A stretch of 64,000 nucleotides of DNA from NCBI GenBank assembly GCA_951406725.2, contig OX597834.1, positions 4,898,001 through 4,962,000 on the forward strand, given 5' to 3'. This document shows positions 27,538-42,344 of the stretch, piece after piece. Numbering within the stretch: position 1 is the stretch's first letter; each line of letters opens with the position of its first letter. Source of the stretch: Octopus vulgaris. Lineage: Eukaryota. The notes below the pieces were generated by a model. It did not search any database, was not told the DNA's origin, and saw only the letters and a list, made by a program, of their open reading frames with translations. The position numbers and the translations under genes are program-made.

Positions 27538-29025
27538 AAAAGCTTGCATGTGGTTGAGTTCTCTCTTCTAATTACAGGTTGAATTTAAAGTCCCCGACAG
27601 ACTTTTGAAGAAGTTACCAAAACACCTTACTCAACATGACATCGTATTTACAGAAGTTTATGTCACAGACATTCTTAGTCCGCAAAGCCTCACTTTAGCA
27701 TATAGCATTGAGAGAAATAGTTATACATTAAATTGTAGAGGTAATACCTTATTAAGAACACTATTTTGAAACTCTCTCATTGTCATTATAATAATCAAGA
27801 AAGGAATGAATCTAATTATATACTCACCGCAAAACCTTTCACCTATTGTACAGAATAATAATGCAAATAGGAAAGATAACAGCAACATAATAACTGTTGA
27901 TAGAGTTAATTACGTTGAAATGTCTACTCACGTCACAGATAATTATACTGTCATTTGAAATAGTGATAATTAGAGACATCCATATAACAATACACCTACT
28001 TACTCAGCATTAGAACACGGAAACATGATCAATATATCTATAGCTAATAACAAACACATTTCTTCTAATACTTTTAGCGCTAAATTATAAATCTCTGCTT
28101 GAAGAGTTACTAATGTATCGTTGGCTACCTTAGACAAAACATAGTATATAGAGATAAAGCACGCGAAGGTAATAAATACTATATAGGTGTTAAAGACTTC
28201 AAAAGCATCCTGGCGATTAGACATATTTGGAAGTGGACATTACGAGGTATTTGGTATAAACTCAACAGTGTATTATTATGGGTGCTGCACCGTCACACGG
28301 AGGCGAGTACTGGGCAGGTCGAAAGGGCATAAATGTACTAACATTTTATTAGCAGACGAAATCCTCTTAACAAAAAACGAAGTAATATTAGTGGCAAACT
28401 TACAAGCTGGAAATGTGCATACTATTTAGGTACCAAAACTTTATTCAGATTTATGAGACTAAATTTAATTTCCATCATAGAATTGTTTATTAATAATGTT
28501 AAATACATTTCGAATATATTTCTTTTTCCTAATACTCGGTCATGAATTTGTTTCCGATATAGTAATATACTTTAATTCTCATTAGGACCCTAAATATGTT
28601 TTAATAAACTAATTAATAATTAAACTTTAAATCGTATATAACAATATATTACTTACCATTCTATATCCATTCATTTTATTTTATATACATATGTCTATTG
28701 TCATGTACAACAGTATGAAAATTGCACATGCAATATTCGACTGGGTGTGTGAGCACGAGCGTCTTTGTATTCTACGTTCATTTATTATTTATTTCAACCA
28801 GATACTGTAGTGAGCTGATCTCTGAGGCTGTATGTATGTATAAAATAAAATGAATGGATATAGAATGGTAAGTAATATATTGTTATATACGATTTAAAGT
28901 TTAATTATTAATTAGTTTATTAAAACATATTTAGGGTCCTAATGAGAATTATATATATGCATGCATGCAAGCATGTATGTATGTATGTATGTATGTATGT
29001 ATGTATGTATGTATGTATGTATTAT

Positions 29026-29252
29026 ATTTCTTTATTGCCCACAGGGGCTACACAGAGAGGGGACAAACAAGGACAGACAAACGGATTAAGTCGATTATAT
29101 CGATCCCAGTGCGTAACTTGTACTTATTTAATCGACCCCGAAAGGATGAAAGGCAAAGTCAACCTCGGCGGAATTTGAACTCAGAACGTAACGGCAGACG
29201 AAATACTGCTAAGCGTTCCGCCCGGCGTGCTAACATTTCTGCCAGCTCGCCG
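29026..29252 (-). mobile_element. SINE family B, full length, within (TATG)n
   Basis: Reverse complement of family B; (TATG)n on both flanks. Confidence 0.9.
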
Positions 29253-29533
29253 TATGCATGGAAGCATGTATGTATGTATGTATGTATGTATGTATGTATG
29301 TATGTATGTATGTATGTATGTATGTATGTATGTATGTATGTTCTCTTCTGTTTTGATTATTTAAATTCTTCCTCGGTGGAAGGAGCTAGTTTCTAACAAA
29401 GATACACATCTCCTTTGGAATGTTGATAACAAATAGATAAAATTTTAAACCTGAGAAAAGTCTTGCTTATTTTTTATGTTCCACTTACAGCTTGTATTTG
29501 TAATATACGAGTTAGTTGGTTGATTTCTTTATT

Positions 29534-30035
29534 CTGAAAACCCAGCTTATCCAGATTGTCACTTAGGCATTTACTCATGGAAACAAGTGCACCAATTTTT
29601 ATTGGTATAAATGTGGATTTATAATCTGGATACAGAAACTAGAAGTTTCGAAGCAGCTGTTCATAGTTATCCTCTTTCGGTTTGATTTTCAAAAAGATTA
29701 TCACATCAGCAGGACATCTAACCTCTATGACAGTACATACATTTTCGTGTCTGTCCCAAACAACAATATTCGGCTTGTTACTTTCACATTTGACAAATTT
29801 TATTATACAGTGTCCTAGCTACATCATCATGTCTCATCGGCAGATAAACCATGATGACATTTTCGGACAACTGATTATGATGAGAGTGATATCTTCGGTG
29901 TAAACTCCACAAAGTCTGCATCAGTTATCACGTTTTGTTGCTTTTCCTGCGCCTCTGATCCCTTTTGTACATAAGGTACTTGGTAGATATTTCTTGTTCC
30001 TGGATTGCAAACGCATACCCTTCAAAGTAGGAGTT
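29534..30035 (-). mobile_element. Relic of a second R4/Dong-like LINE (zinc knuckle and endonuclease end)
   Basis: Manual translation across frameshifts: EGYAFAIQEQEISTKYL; CRLCG..EDIT.II.SCP; PMRHDDVA; KPNIVVWDR..VIEV.CPAD; KEDNY..LLRN..LYPDYK..FIPIKIGAL. Confidence 0.8.
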
Positions 30036-30415
30036 GTATGTATGCATATACTTGCATAAATTCATCTGTTTATATGTGTATAAATACACACATATATACA
30101 TAAACTCTTTATTTCATATTTTCATTATTATTTCTTGTTCCTCTCTTTTTCTCTTTTTGTCTCCACGGCTCATTTTCTCCTTTTCCCTTGATTTTCTTTT
30201 TCTTCATTTTGCTATTCTGTTGTACCTAAGGCTTGTTCTGGTTATGGAAATACTATTATTAAATTTCCTCCATAATGTGATTTTTACATTATATATGATT
30301 TTATTATAATTATATAAATATAACTGTTAATATTAATGAAACAGCTGTAGAAAAGGAATAATCGAAATATCACTGATGTTGCCTTTGTTATTCTTTTAAA
30401 TTAGCGTGTATACAT

Positions 30416-30419
<4 letters not shown>

Positions 30420-30488
<69 letters not shown>

Positions 30489-30627
30489 TGTATGTATGTA
30501 CGTATGTGTGTATGTATGTGTGTATGTATGTATGTATGTATGTATGTCTGTACGTATGTATGTATGTATGTATGTGTGTATGTATGTATGTATGTATGTA
30601 TGTATGTATGTATGTATGTATGTATGT
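30420..30627. repeat. (TA)n/(TATG)n microsatellite
   Basis: Direct reading. Confidence 0.95.
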
Positions 30628-30832
30628 GGGATGGTTTTGTTAAGCAGCGTCGATATTTACAATCCTGTAAATAATAATAATAGTATTTTATAAGCTTAAA
30701 GCTTATAAAATACTATTACTTTATATGTGAGTGTGTGTATGTGTGTAAGAATAGCAAGAGACAATATCAGTGACATTTCAATATGTATATAAATATATGG
30801 ATATATGTAAATGTGTATGTATAAACTCATAT

Positions 30833-30865
<33 letters not shown>

Positions 30866-31594
30866 CACGCACACACACACACAAACACATATACACACAC
30901 TCACAAACACACATATACATACATACGAATGCATAAATACACATATATATGTTTGTGTGTGTTTGTGTATAATTTCAAAATTGTGCAGCGAATATTTTTG
31001 TAACATTGGGAAAACTTCATTCTGTACATAATTAAATCAAAATTAGCACTTAATTATCTAATTATATTCTTAATATAATATCAATTACATATAATTTTGA
31101 TCAATATTTTCTTCAAAAGAACAAAAGTGAATTTACAATTACTATTGTATGAATGAAGTATATCAAAATTGCCTTTTACTAAAATGTACATAATCGTATT
31201 ATAAACTGATTATGTATGTTTTCTTTTATTAAATCAGTGTCGCACATTTGAGATTGTTGCTTGTGCGTATAGCAGGAGAATCAGATGTATAATTGTCATT
31301 TTTACAGTAATGGTATCTCGAATCAACAAAACGTATTTCGAATCAACGTATCCTGAAACGTAGTCTGAATTAAGGGAAACGTACTTGGAATCAGGAAAAC
31401 GTATCATGAATCGGAAAAATCCCTGTCAAACAATGTCAGTTTCAGCAATCATTTACGAAGGTTTCGAAATACATTCATTTTGTTTTTACATAAATTCTTG
31501 GGTAGAACATTTGTGATTCTCAAATTATTCATCACACGAATGAGTTAGACTGTTTAAATGAGTATTTAATCTGGATATTTGTACGATATCTTTT

Positions 31595-31710
31595 ATCCAC
31601 TCACAAAGCTTGGGTCGGCTCCAAGCTATTGCATAAGACACTTTCCTAAGGTGCCACGCAGTGGAACTAAACCTGGAACCATGTGGTTGTGAAGCAAGCT
31701 ACTTACCACG
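31595..31710 (-). mobile_element. SINE family A, 5' fragment
   Basis: ATCCACTCACAAAGCTTGGGTCGG...GCAAGCTACTTACCAC. Confidence 0.8.
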
Positions 31711-31750
31711 TTTTTTTGAGGATCAGCTTACAAAGAGATTAAAAAATATA

Positions 31751-32151
31751 CTCTTTACTCTTTTACTCTTTTACTTGTTTCAGTCTTTTGACTGCGGCCA
31801 TGCTGGAGCACCGCCTTTAATCGAGCAACTCGACCCCGGGACTTATTCTTTTGTAAGCCCAGTACTTATTCTATCGGTCTCTTTTGCCGAACCGCTAAGT
31901 AACGGGGACATAAACATACCAGCATCGGTTGTCAAGCAATGCTAGGGGGACAGACACAGACACACAAACACGCACACATATATATATATATACGACGGGC
32001 TTCTTTCAGTTTCCGTCTACCAAATCCACTCACAAGGCATTGGTCGGCCCGGGGCTATAGCAGAAGACACTTGCCCAAGATGTCACGCAGTGGGACTGAA
32101 CCCGGAACCATGTGGTTGGTTAGCAAGCTACTTACCACACAGCCACTCCTG
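31751..32151 (-). mobile_element. SINE family A, full length
   Basis: Reverse complement of 60067-60477. Confidence 0.93.
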
Positions 32152-32695
32152 TTAAGATTTCTGAAGTTTGTTTTGATATACTGAGTTCAGATATGAAACA
32201 CAATTCTAGAATTAAAGCATGGCTGTGAACAATAGCGTATGTGATCGATTGTGCTGATTTCGCTTCACAGCGATACTATTAAATGTTACGCTTTTCATGC
32301 AGAGTTATGATAAACATTTCCAAAAGAGTTTAAACAAATTCAAATGCACGCAACAGGAAGCCGTGTAACGGAACAGAAGTAACTACGCAAATTAATAAAA
32401 TCAAAAATATGTACAAGAATAAAGGAATAACAAAAAAAACATTAGTTCAAAATGTAAACGTAGTAAATAATGATTAGTAATCGTTCAAATGAGAAAATGG
32501 AAGACATGGATCTGAAATAAAATCTAAAACAGGCATTAAACTGAAGTGTGACAATGTTTATTACGTATTCGAAATATTTCTATATACCGGCTAAACTTTC
32601 ATATCTTCTTCTCTGTATGAGCAAACACACACACATACACACACACACATATATTTATATGTATATATATGTATATATATATGCAAATATATATG

Positions 32696-32798
<103 letters not shown>

Positions 32799-32801
32799 AT
32801 A

Positions 32802-32861
<60 letters not shown>

Positions 32862-33018
32862 ATTTAAAATGAGGGTGAAAAATTGAATATTAATATGATT
32901 AATATCAATTTAAAACCAGTGGTCTAGCATATTAAAATCGGAACGTTCAGAAAATTATATTACATACATATGTGGTCAAAATGTAGTAAATAATGATCAG
33001 TGAGAATATATACATAAA

Positions 33019-33068
<50 letters not shown>

Positions 33069-34042
33069 ATATAAATATATATGTGTGTTTGTGTGTAGCA
33101 ACGTCAACAGACCACCTTATTCTCTGTCACGATCTGATTTCGTCTCTTGACTGGTATATATTGCCAAACTGCCACATTTTCCTATAGTTTGGCGCTAAGA
33201 CAGAAATTCATTCTGGCATACTGGAAATAGCATTGTTTGTTGGTGTGCGATGAAATCTTTTATAAACATGGGAAGAATCGGGGATAAATATGAAGATATG
33301 TGCATTTATATTTAGCACATTCTTGCACACAACAACCTGGTAGAGAAATATGGGTCCATCGCCTTTTTCTGCAAAACACAGAGCCAAACTGTAAGTCATG
33401 TTTCGGCGTTGTTTTGACTCTTCACGGTACATGTTTGCATATTTATTTGTGATAGTATGTATGGGTGTATGTTCAGAAACTTCGCTTCTTAAAAGCCTAA
33501 TTAAAATACATTTGCATAACTAATAATTTTTTTAGAAAATTGAGTGAATGATGTGCTATGTGAACCGATCTGTCATTTGTAGTATTTTTAATGAAATATA
33601 TTCGGAGCATAAATGTTGCCTGTGTCCATTTACATGTATGCGAGGTTCTTTGCGTACGAAGCGTTTTAGCTTAATTATTCATAAGGACTGTACCAGAAAA
33701 AAATGAAAATAAAGTTGCAAGGAATTTAATTAACTAAACGCTATAATACTAAAGCTTGATTGCCGACAGGAAGCTGATTACATAGTAAATAATTAAGCAC
33801 AAAGCATTTAAAAGGAAATTCATTAACAAAGAAAAGAAATGAGAAAACAAGAATGGGCATTTTATCACTTTATTGAACACTCCAGACGGGTCCGACACGT
33901 CATCAAAATTTTGCATAAGGGATACACAGCTACTTGGACGATATTTATACTGCACACACGCACACACGCACATACACACAAATATATATATATATCTACA
34001 CATATATAGTTATATGTATATATATATATACATCTATATGTA

Positions 34043-34139
<97 letters not shown>

Positions 34140-34188
34140 ATATGTGTGTATGTATGAATATATGTATATAAATATGTGTAAGTATACA

Positions 34189-34251
<63 letters not shown>

Positions 34252-34266
34252 ATACATATACATATA

Positions 34267-34490
34267 CTCTTTTTATTCTTTTCTTTTGCCTGTTGCAGCC
34301 ATTTGACTGAGGTCATGCAGAAGCACTGCCTTTAGTCGAACAAATCGACTCCAGGGCTTATTTTTGTAAGCTTAGTACTTATTCTATTGGTCTCTTAGCC
34401 CGAACCGCTATGTTACGGGGTCGTAAACTCACTAACATCGGTTTTCAAGCGATGATGGGGTCAAACATAGACACTCAAACACACACGCGC
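34267..34490 (-). mobile_element. SINE family A, 3' half
   Basis: CATTTGACTGAGGTCATGCAGAAGCACTGCCTTTAGTCG...GAACCGCTATGTTACGGGG. Confidence 0.8.
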
Positions 34491-35333
34491 ACACGCATAC
34501 AAAAAAATAAGAAAGTAAAGTGCAAGGTACTATCCAGTGGTCGTGAGATCACATCTTATTTCAATTTGATAGGGGAGATAGTAAAGATAAACGTTATAGG
34601 ATGGGTTTAAGGGGATGATCCTTATAACAGGGGTTATTACATAGAAAGTAAAAACTATGCAATAGAATAGTAATAAAATTTAGTTGAAGTAAACATTACG
34701 GGATTATATCAATAAAGAAATAATTTCAGTATAAATTAAGTGTGGTGATATTATTTGTTACCAAAATAATGTCATCATAATATCCCTATGATAAGTGGGA
34801 TAAGACCAATGTCAATCCTACAACTTAATTGGTCAGCTAATTAAAAAAGAATAGTATTCTGTCGGGCCCGTTAAAACTAATCAATTAACACAAAAACAAA
34901 TTTAAGAAAATATTAAAGGAAAATTTAAGGAGAAATTGTCTAAGGGGACTTAAATACTAAGGGGGATAATAAAAATAAGCATTTACGGTGAGAAATCATC
35001 TGTTATTATGTTATGAATACTTCGAAGATAATTTTCTAATTGAAAAAATAATTATCTTACGGAAAAAATTTTTTCATTTTTGCGAAATATAGCTAATGGG
35101 AGGTAACTGTGTAAAACATTAAAGCGTTAAAATATACAAAAAAGCTATTGATTTTACCAACAACTCCTTATAAAATACAACATTTTAATGTTAAAATAAA
35201 TAAGCTTTTAAAATAAATGCCTGGTACTAAAATATAAAATATAATATAAATAGGTTGGGTTGGCAACTAAGTTCCCACCGTTTTTTTTTAAATTTTGGAA
35301 TCTACTTTTTTCGAGAATTCTATTTTTGAATCA

Positions 35334-35453
<120 letters not shown>

Positions 35454-35580
35454 TATATATATACAAACACATATATATACATACATAAAATAAAAATTAA
35501 CTTATTCATATATATACATATACACATACACACTCACACTCAGATACTCATAACAATCACATATATATACATATTCATAC

Positions 35581-35620
<40 letters not shown>

Positions 35621-35622
35621 AC

Positions 35623-35653
<31 letters not shown>

Positions 35654-36530
35654 AGCACACACATAAATATCTACACACACGTATATCTATACCTACAAGC
35701 ATACACACATATAAGTCTGCACATGTACACACCCATATGTATAAGTATAAATATCATTATGCATATGAATATATGAATAAATGCTTACAAATGGGGATTC
35801 AGTTATTTGGGGAGCAATCCGCTAGGGACGACTTGTAGAATAAATAAATTTAAGGTTAATTGCAATTATAGAGAAACGAAAAGTGTTCAGGCAAGGATAG
35901 AGATTGAGATTGAAGGAAAATAATAAGCATATGTATTATTATAAATGTATAAATTTATAAAGTTAATTGCAATTACAGAAAAATAGTATTCAGGTTAGGA
36001 TAGAGATGAAAGGAATGTAATTGTATATGGGGTAGTTTGCCAAAAGAGTTATAGGAATACACCTGCATGTATAAATATCAATAAGTATATGAGTATACAC
36101 TCACAAATAAATGCGTAGAAATATATGGAGTAATACCCTGGGGAGGACTGGTGTAATAAACCTATATGGTATTTAAAATAAAGTTACATTACACATATAG
36201 GGGGATTAGAAAAATGTACAATAGATAGTGCCAAGACTAGGAGAATGGATTAAGGAGAGGACGAATGTAATATTATCTGTGGTAATTTGAGATAGTAATT
36301 ATAGAGGTATAATGCAGACAATAATTCTTACGGGTTGATACGATTGCAATTCAGAAAATAAGATTATGGAATATGTGACTAGAGACAAATAAATGGGATA
36401 GATTTAGATGTTCTAGAGAATATTTAATCGGGCAAAGAGGAATACCCATTGTTAATGTACACATATCAGACAGGTATTCAATGCAGTAGATTGCGATTAT
36501 GATGATAAAAGCTAAAAAAAGAAATAACAT

Positions 36531-36912
36531 ATTGTGAAGTACATTTTTCAGTTAAATGTGGCTAATCTCCTAAGGGTGGATGCTACTGTAGCTTATAGCC
36601 CCAGGAGGACACCTCCTCCGGCTGGCTATTGACACACTTTCTGTGCCCTATCAGTATTTGCAAAGGGAAGCCATCCTTCCCGTCTTCAACCTATGATTGT
36701 CACACGCTGATGACGGGTCAATCCTCAGAAACTCGAGTCCGTGTGTATCATAGGTTGGAGACGGGAAGGATGGCTTCCCTTTGCAAATACTGATAGGGCA
36801 CAGAAAGTGTGTCAATAGCTAGCTGGAGGAGGTGTCCTCCTGTGGCTACAAGCTACAGTAGCATCCACCCTTAAGGGTTAGCCACATTTAAGTGGCAAAT
36901 ATACTTCACAAT
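36531..36912 (+). mobile_element. ~380-bp foldback element with a hammerhead at the apex (probably PLE-derived)
   Basis: 36531-36706 is an imperfect inverted repeat of 36740-36912; the spacer is the ribozyme core. Confidence 0.8.
36701..36745 (+). ncRNA. Type-I hammerhead motif, canonical core, GUC triplet
   Basis: CACACG-CTGATGA-CGGGTCAATCCTCA-GAAA-CTCGAG-T-C-CGTGTG; predicted cleavage between 36739 and 36740. Confidence 0.85.
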
Positions 36913-37126
36913 GTCGTGCAGCTACTGTTTATGCCTCGCTCAGACATTTATTATTGCTTAGAAATAACATATTTTTTTACAAAAACTCAAATAACAAATT
37001 CATGTTTCTATGTCACATTTCCTGATATTACCAAGGGAGAGAAAAGTATACTCCCATAAATACTCGTCACATGACGAATAACAAGTCAAGTGCGTTTGTA
37101 ATTCATTTATTAAATATTATTTCAAA

Positions 37127-37164
<38 letters not shown>

Positions 37165-37294
37165 GCGTGTGCAGAAGAGTGCTCTCACGTGGCTAAGAGT
37201 TGTTTTGACTCTTATTTCTAGCAATGCTGGTGGCGACTAGCAACCTCAGTCACTTTAATGACCACTATACTTGTTGCCTTTCGGTTGTAAATTA

Positions 37295-37355
<61 letters not shown>

Positions 37356-37439
37356 GGAGGAGAGAGAGAGAGAGAGAAAGCGATATAGGTGGATAGATAT
37401 TAAGACAGAGTGTGCTTCTCTTTCGGATTTATGATTTAC

Positions 37440-37519
<80 letters not shown>

Positions 37520-37883
37520 ACGTGTGTATGGGATTGTATTTGCATATGCTTATGTCTAAACTGCTACGACCAACAGATTCATTTGTCTGAAACTAATTCC
37601 AGAGAATCTCTTCTGGTTTCACTGAAGTTAAATGCAATGATTCAGTAATCCATAACTAGAATCAACATCAGTACCATTCCCATTATTTTCTCTTTTTATC
37701 CTAAAAATGACTAAGCACATTCTAATCTATGATTAACCTTTATTTCTATTTTAAAGAATATTAATTTTGTAGATAAAATCGAAAATGTCGCATGGCTGTT
37801 TGTGCATTTCGAAAGTAACCTTAAATATTTAAAATGTTTTGCGTTCTTGTCCCAGTTTGTATTTTTTATACATACATATATAC

Positions 37884-37914
<31 letters not shown>

Positions 37915-37939
37915 CATACATACATACACATATATATAT

Positions 37940-38019
<80 letters not shown>

Positions 38020-38532
38020 TTCTTTGTTAATGCTGTAGCGTAATTTTTGAATATATCGGAGAAGTCTGCGCGAATATTTAAAAGATATTAAGTCAAATTT
38101 GAAGAAATGTTTTAGAAACACGTCTTTCACAATGCTGAATCTCTGTAATAAGCTATGTGTGGTAAGGCAAAATACCACGGACAGCTGAGACGGATACAAT
38201 GTGAATCGGATAAATATAGTGATAATAACGAAAGGAAAAAAGTGCTATAAGGTAGGGGAAGCAAGGAGAGAGAGTGTATATTAGTCGAGTGAGCAACTGC
38301 TAAGGGCAAAGAGGAAATGCAAAGAAAAACAAACAATAAAAAATATCATTGATGGGGAAAAAGATGTAAGAGGTATAATAATAGGAAAATCCATTACACA
38401 TATAAGAATGCACAACACAATGACACACAGGCGCTACACCCGCTGAGTTTAATTCGTCCTTGTCGAAAGACGCCTGTTTGTGATGTCCTGTTACTGTTAT
38501 TATTATTGTTATTTTTATTATTATTATTATTA

Positions 38533-38612
<80 letters not shown>

Positions 38613-38869
38613 GTTGTTGTTGTTTTTACGTACTATTTTTGTATTCATATTCGTGTAACATCGTCCGTTTTTCTGTCTTTGTTTTGTATACATTCGAAGC
38701 TTTCTTCTAAGGAATCTAATGCGCTTAGCTTAGTTTCTCCTTGGTGCTGGCCAGATTGGAGCAATCTCAAGATTAATCAGCCGAAATTGCGAGGATGATC
38801 CGGTTCTTGACTGAAGATTTAAAATGTTTTGCGTTCTTGTCCCAGTTTGTATTTTTATACATACATACA

Positions 38870-38959
<90 letters not shown>

Positions 38960-38960
<1 letters not shown>

Positions 38961-39283
38961 TATACTTAAGGCTATCTAAGAGATGCCACCATGCAAGAGA
39001 TGACCAGGAAATTAATCATCTACTCTATATGGATGATCTAAAAATATTTGACAAAAACGGCAAAGAATTAGAAGAGCTCCTGAATATTCTCAAAGAATTC
39101 AGCTTTGATATAGGTATGGAATTCGGACTTGATAAATGTGCAAAGGTTACTTTCAAGGCAGAAAACATAGAACTTGATACGACCACAACTATTCGAAATG
39201 TAAACTAATCCGAAGTATACAAATATCTGGGAACTAATGAAGGTGATGGTATCCAGCACTCAAAACTGAAAAAGAAAATCCGC

Positions 39284-39284
<1 letters not shown>
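38960..39284 (+). mobile_element. R4/Dong-like RT fragment ending in (AAT)n
   Basis: INHLLYMDDLKIF...DIGMEFGLDKCAKVTFK...YKYLG...KLKKKIR, homologous to 20218-21027. Confidence 0.85.
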
Positions 39285-39339
<55 letters not shown>

Positions 39340-39526
39340 TAATAATAATAATAATGATAATAATAATAATAATAACAACAACAACAATAATAATAATAAT
39401 AACCGCGACCGCAACAAGGACAAGAGTAATAAGACTAACAATAATGAAACTAGCATTAATATGAACGACGATGCTGGAAATAATAATATTAATAAAAATA
39501 CTACTGCTGCAGCTACTACGATTACA

Positions 39527-39565
<39 letters not shown>

Positions 39566-39660
39566 GCTACTACTACTACTACTACTACTACTACTATAAA
39601 ATAATGACAACATCAATAGCAACAACAACATTAAAAACAATATCAAGAACAACAACAGTA
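39285..39660. repeat. (AAT)n/(AAC)n/(CTA)n microsatellites
   Basis: Direct reading. Confidence 0.93.
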
Positions 39661-41294
39661 AGAAGAACGATAATTTTAATAGGAATAAAAAGAGCAAAAA
39701 CGATTTGAATAATATTAGATGTACGAAATAAATGTGCAAATGTACGAAGTAGGGAATAAAACCATAATAAAACAATTAAGAATGAAATGAATATAGATGA
39801 AAAAAGTTAATGGCGTAGTGAATATAAGAGTGTTTAACATAAAACACTAATATTGGAATAGAACTGGAAAATAAATATAAACTGACAATTCATCGATTTA
39901 ATTAGATAGCCGCGTGCATGGATGTGTGTACGTGTGTTTATTTGTAGTGGCGAGGCAAGTAGGTATCCGTGTGTGCTCAATAAAATCTAGTGCTTTATTC
40001 AAAATGGAAATAAACACAGTAACATGAGAAGTGCTGAATGAGAATCGTCGATCTTTATTCCATGTAGAATTGATTTCCATTCAGAGAATTTCCTTTACGT
40101 CTTAAATAAATTTATTATCCTTTTGGTGTAAATTCCAGTCATATTTCTCTGTGATTTCAGTTTTCCGTTTTCGACACCTCACATCGTAATGATGTTTGAA
40201 GCACCAACAAACGAGGCGAAGTCATTTTTAACGGTAAAATTTTAAGCTGTGTACAAAGCATCGTCAAAGACTACGAAGAAATAGTTAAAGATTTTGCATT
40301 CGAATAACCAATAGTTACATTGAAAACACTTATATTTGTTGCTGAAAATGTCTGAAAGCAGTCGGCTTCTTGTTCATACTATTAATTTTAATCACCATGT
40401 AATTATATGCATCTAGACTGACGCAATGTGAACTTAATTTCAGTGCGTGAAGACTAATGAATTACAACTCTTGTGTTCTAAGTAGCATCAAAATAAGCAA
40501 TGGTCAAACTGGGCAAGTTTCATCAGAACCCATTCTGTATAGACTAGTTTATCAAGTGTGTTCTTCATGGTTGGATTTCAGGAAGATTTAGCTCTATTTC
40601 TTGTAGGTAGATTGCTACATATAGACATACTAGTTAACTACCGACCTTTTAGAGGCACCTGCCTTCGTTCGTCAAATACATCTCACAGGTAGGTATAAAT
40701 ATGTATCACGATATGCACTTTAATTCAATTCACCTGTATGAATTGCGTTAATATTATTTGAAGTTTTCGAAAGTAATTGAAATTCTCCTGGTATTTTTCA
40801 TTTTGTATTCAAACAGCAACCAAATGTCAAAGTGATACAAAGAACATCTCTCATGATTTCTTATGCTGAAGTGAAACATTGGAATTTAAAAGACGAATGA
40901 TATCTATACCTTTTGCTAACGGATACGAAATAAAATTCTAAGCCACCATGTCGATAGGGAATAAAACGAATAATTGACAGGCTGTGCAGAAGAAATTGCT
41001 TTACATTTCCTACTCTGCGACAAAAACCACAATGTCTTTACATTGTGTCTCTGCTGGTATTCGATCAGTTAGTAACGACAAACGATTCTCCTTCAAATGA
41101 CACTTCATGACCATTGAAACAGGAAAAAATTGAACAATGCAGTTTCTACGTGTAGAAAATAGCAGCTGATCAATGCTGCAATGACTTTGATCTTAATTAT
41201 GATCGATAAGAGCTGGTTTACAGCAATAGAAATTCAGAAATTCTATTAAGCAGGCAGTATAAGTACCACGATTGATACTGCCAATTTTCTGATC

Positions 41295-41314
41295 TTATAA
41301 TAATAATAATGATA

Positions 41315-41385
<71 letters not shown>

Positions 41386-41422
41386 CATAGCAACAACAAC
41401 AACAATAATAATAATAATAATG

Positions 41423-41464
<42 letters not shown>

Positions 41465-41481
41465 TTAATAATAATAATAAT

Positions 41482-41548
<67 letters not shown>

Positions 41549-41573
41549 TGATAATAATAATAATGATAATAAT

Positions 41574-41655
<82 letters not shown>
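41295..41655. repeat. (AAT)n/(GAT)n microsatellite
   Basis: Direct reading. Confidence 0.95.
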
Positions 41656-42066
41656 GAGTTTGCGGTGTGTCTCTCTTGAGATGGCCTACCTAATGCATAG
41701 TGATAAGCGTATATTACTTCTTTATACTCTTCTCGGGTCCATTTGTTCCGCTTACATTTTTCTTTCTGTGGTGGTTGTGGTGGTGAACTTGGAGGGCTCG
41801 AGTTGGGGAATTTCCCGTTCACGGAGAAGAGTTTGTGCCAGTTGATGACTTTTCGATCCCGGGCTGGCTCTTCCCTGGGGGACGCGCTTCCAGATTAACC
41901 ATAGGACAAGCGATTTGGTATACTGATTTAGTTTTCCTTTTAGTTTCCAAAAACATTTTGGTGCTACGATAATGTTATCATTTTTGAGCTTTGATTGGCT
42001 CGTGGGGAGACGGCCATCATTGCCGTTACAATTATAATCGTACCATTATAGCAGCCGTAGTCGGCT
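41656..42066 (-). mobile_element. 5' fragment of another R4/Dong-like LINE
   Basis: KRNKWTREEYKEVIYAYHYAL matches KRRKWTREEYISILHAYFTAV of the 19212-23180 element; bounded by AAT repeats. Confidence 0.72.
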
Positions 42067-42290
42067 TATTATTGTTATTATCATCACCATTATAATTTTA
42101 ATTTATATATTTATATATATATTTTAAATTAACTTAAAAAAAAATTTAATTTAACTTTAAAAAAAAATGAACGAACTAGTGAGTTTAGTTTAATGGCCTA
42201 CCAATGTATGAGTTTCTTTGCCCTAGGAGTCGGGAAGACACTCGGCAAGAAATGGAAACAAGTTTGAAAGAAGACGAATAAAAAGATTAC

Positions 42291-42344
<54 letters not shown>

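Noticed and set aside
28000-28430. Hydrophobic 74-aa ORF and Cys/Gly-containing ORF as possible host exons
   Set aside because: No recognisable domain, no convincing splice sites, and stops nearby in all frames.
41980-42066. Possible HDV-like ribozyme at the 5' end of the R4-like fragment (also looked for at 23100-23180)
   Set aside because: A P3-like CGT-CTCCCC-ACG is present but the nested double pseudoknot could not be built.
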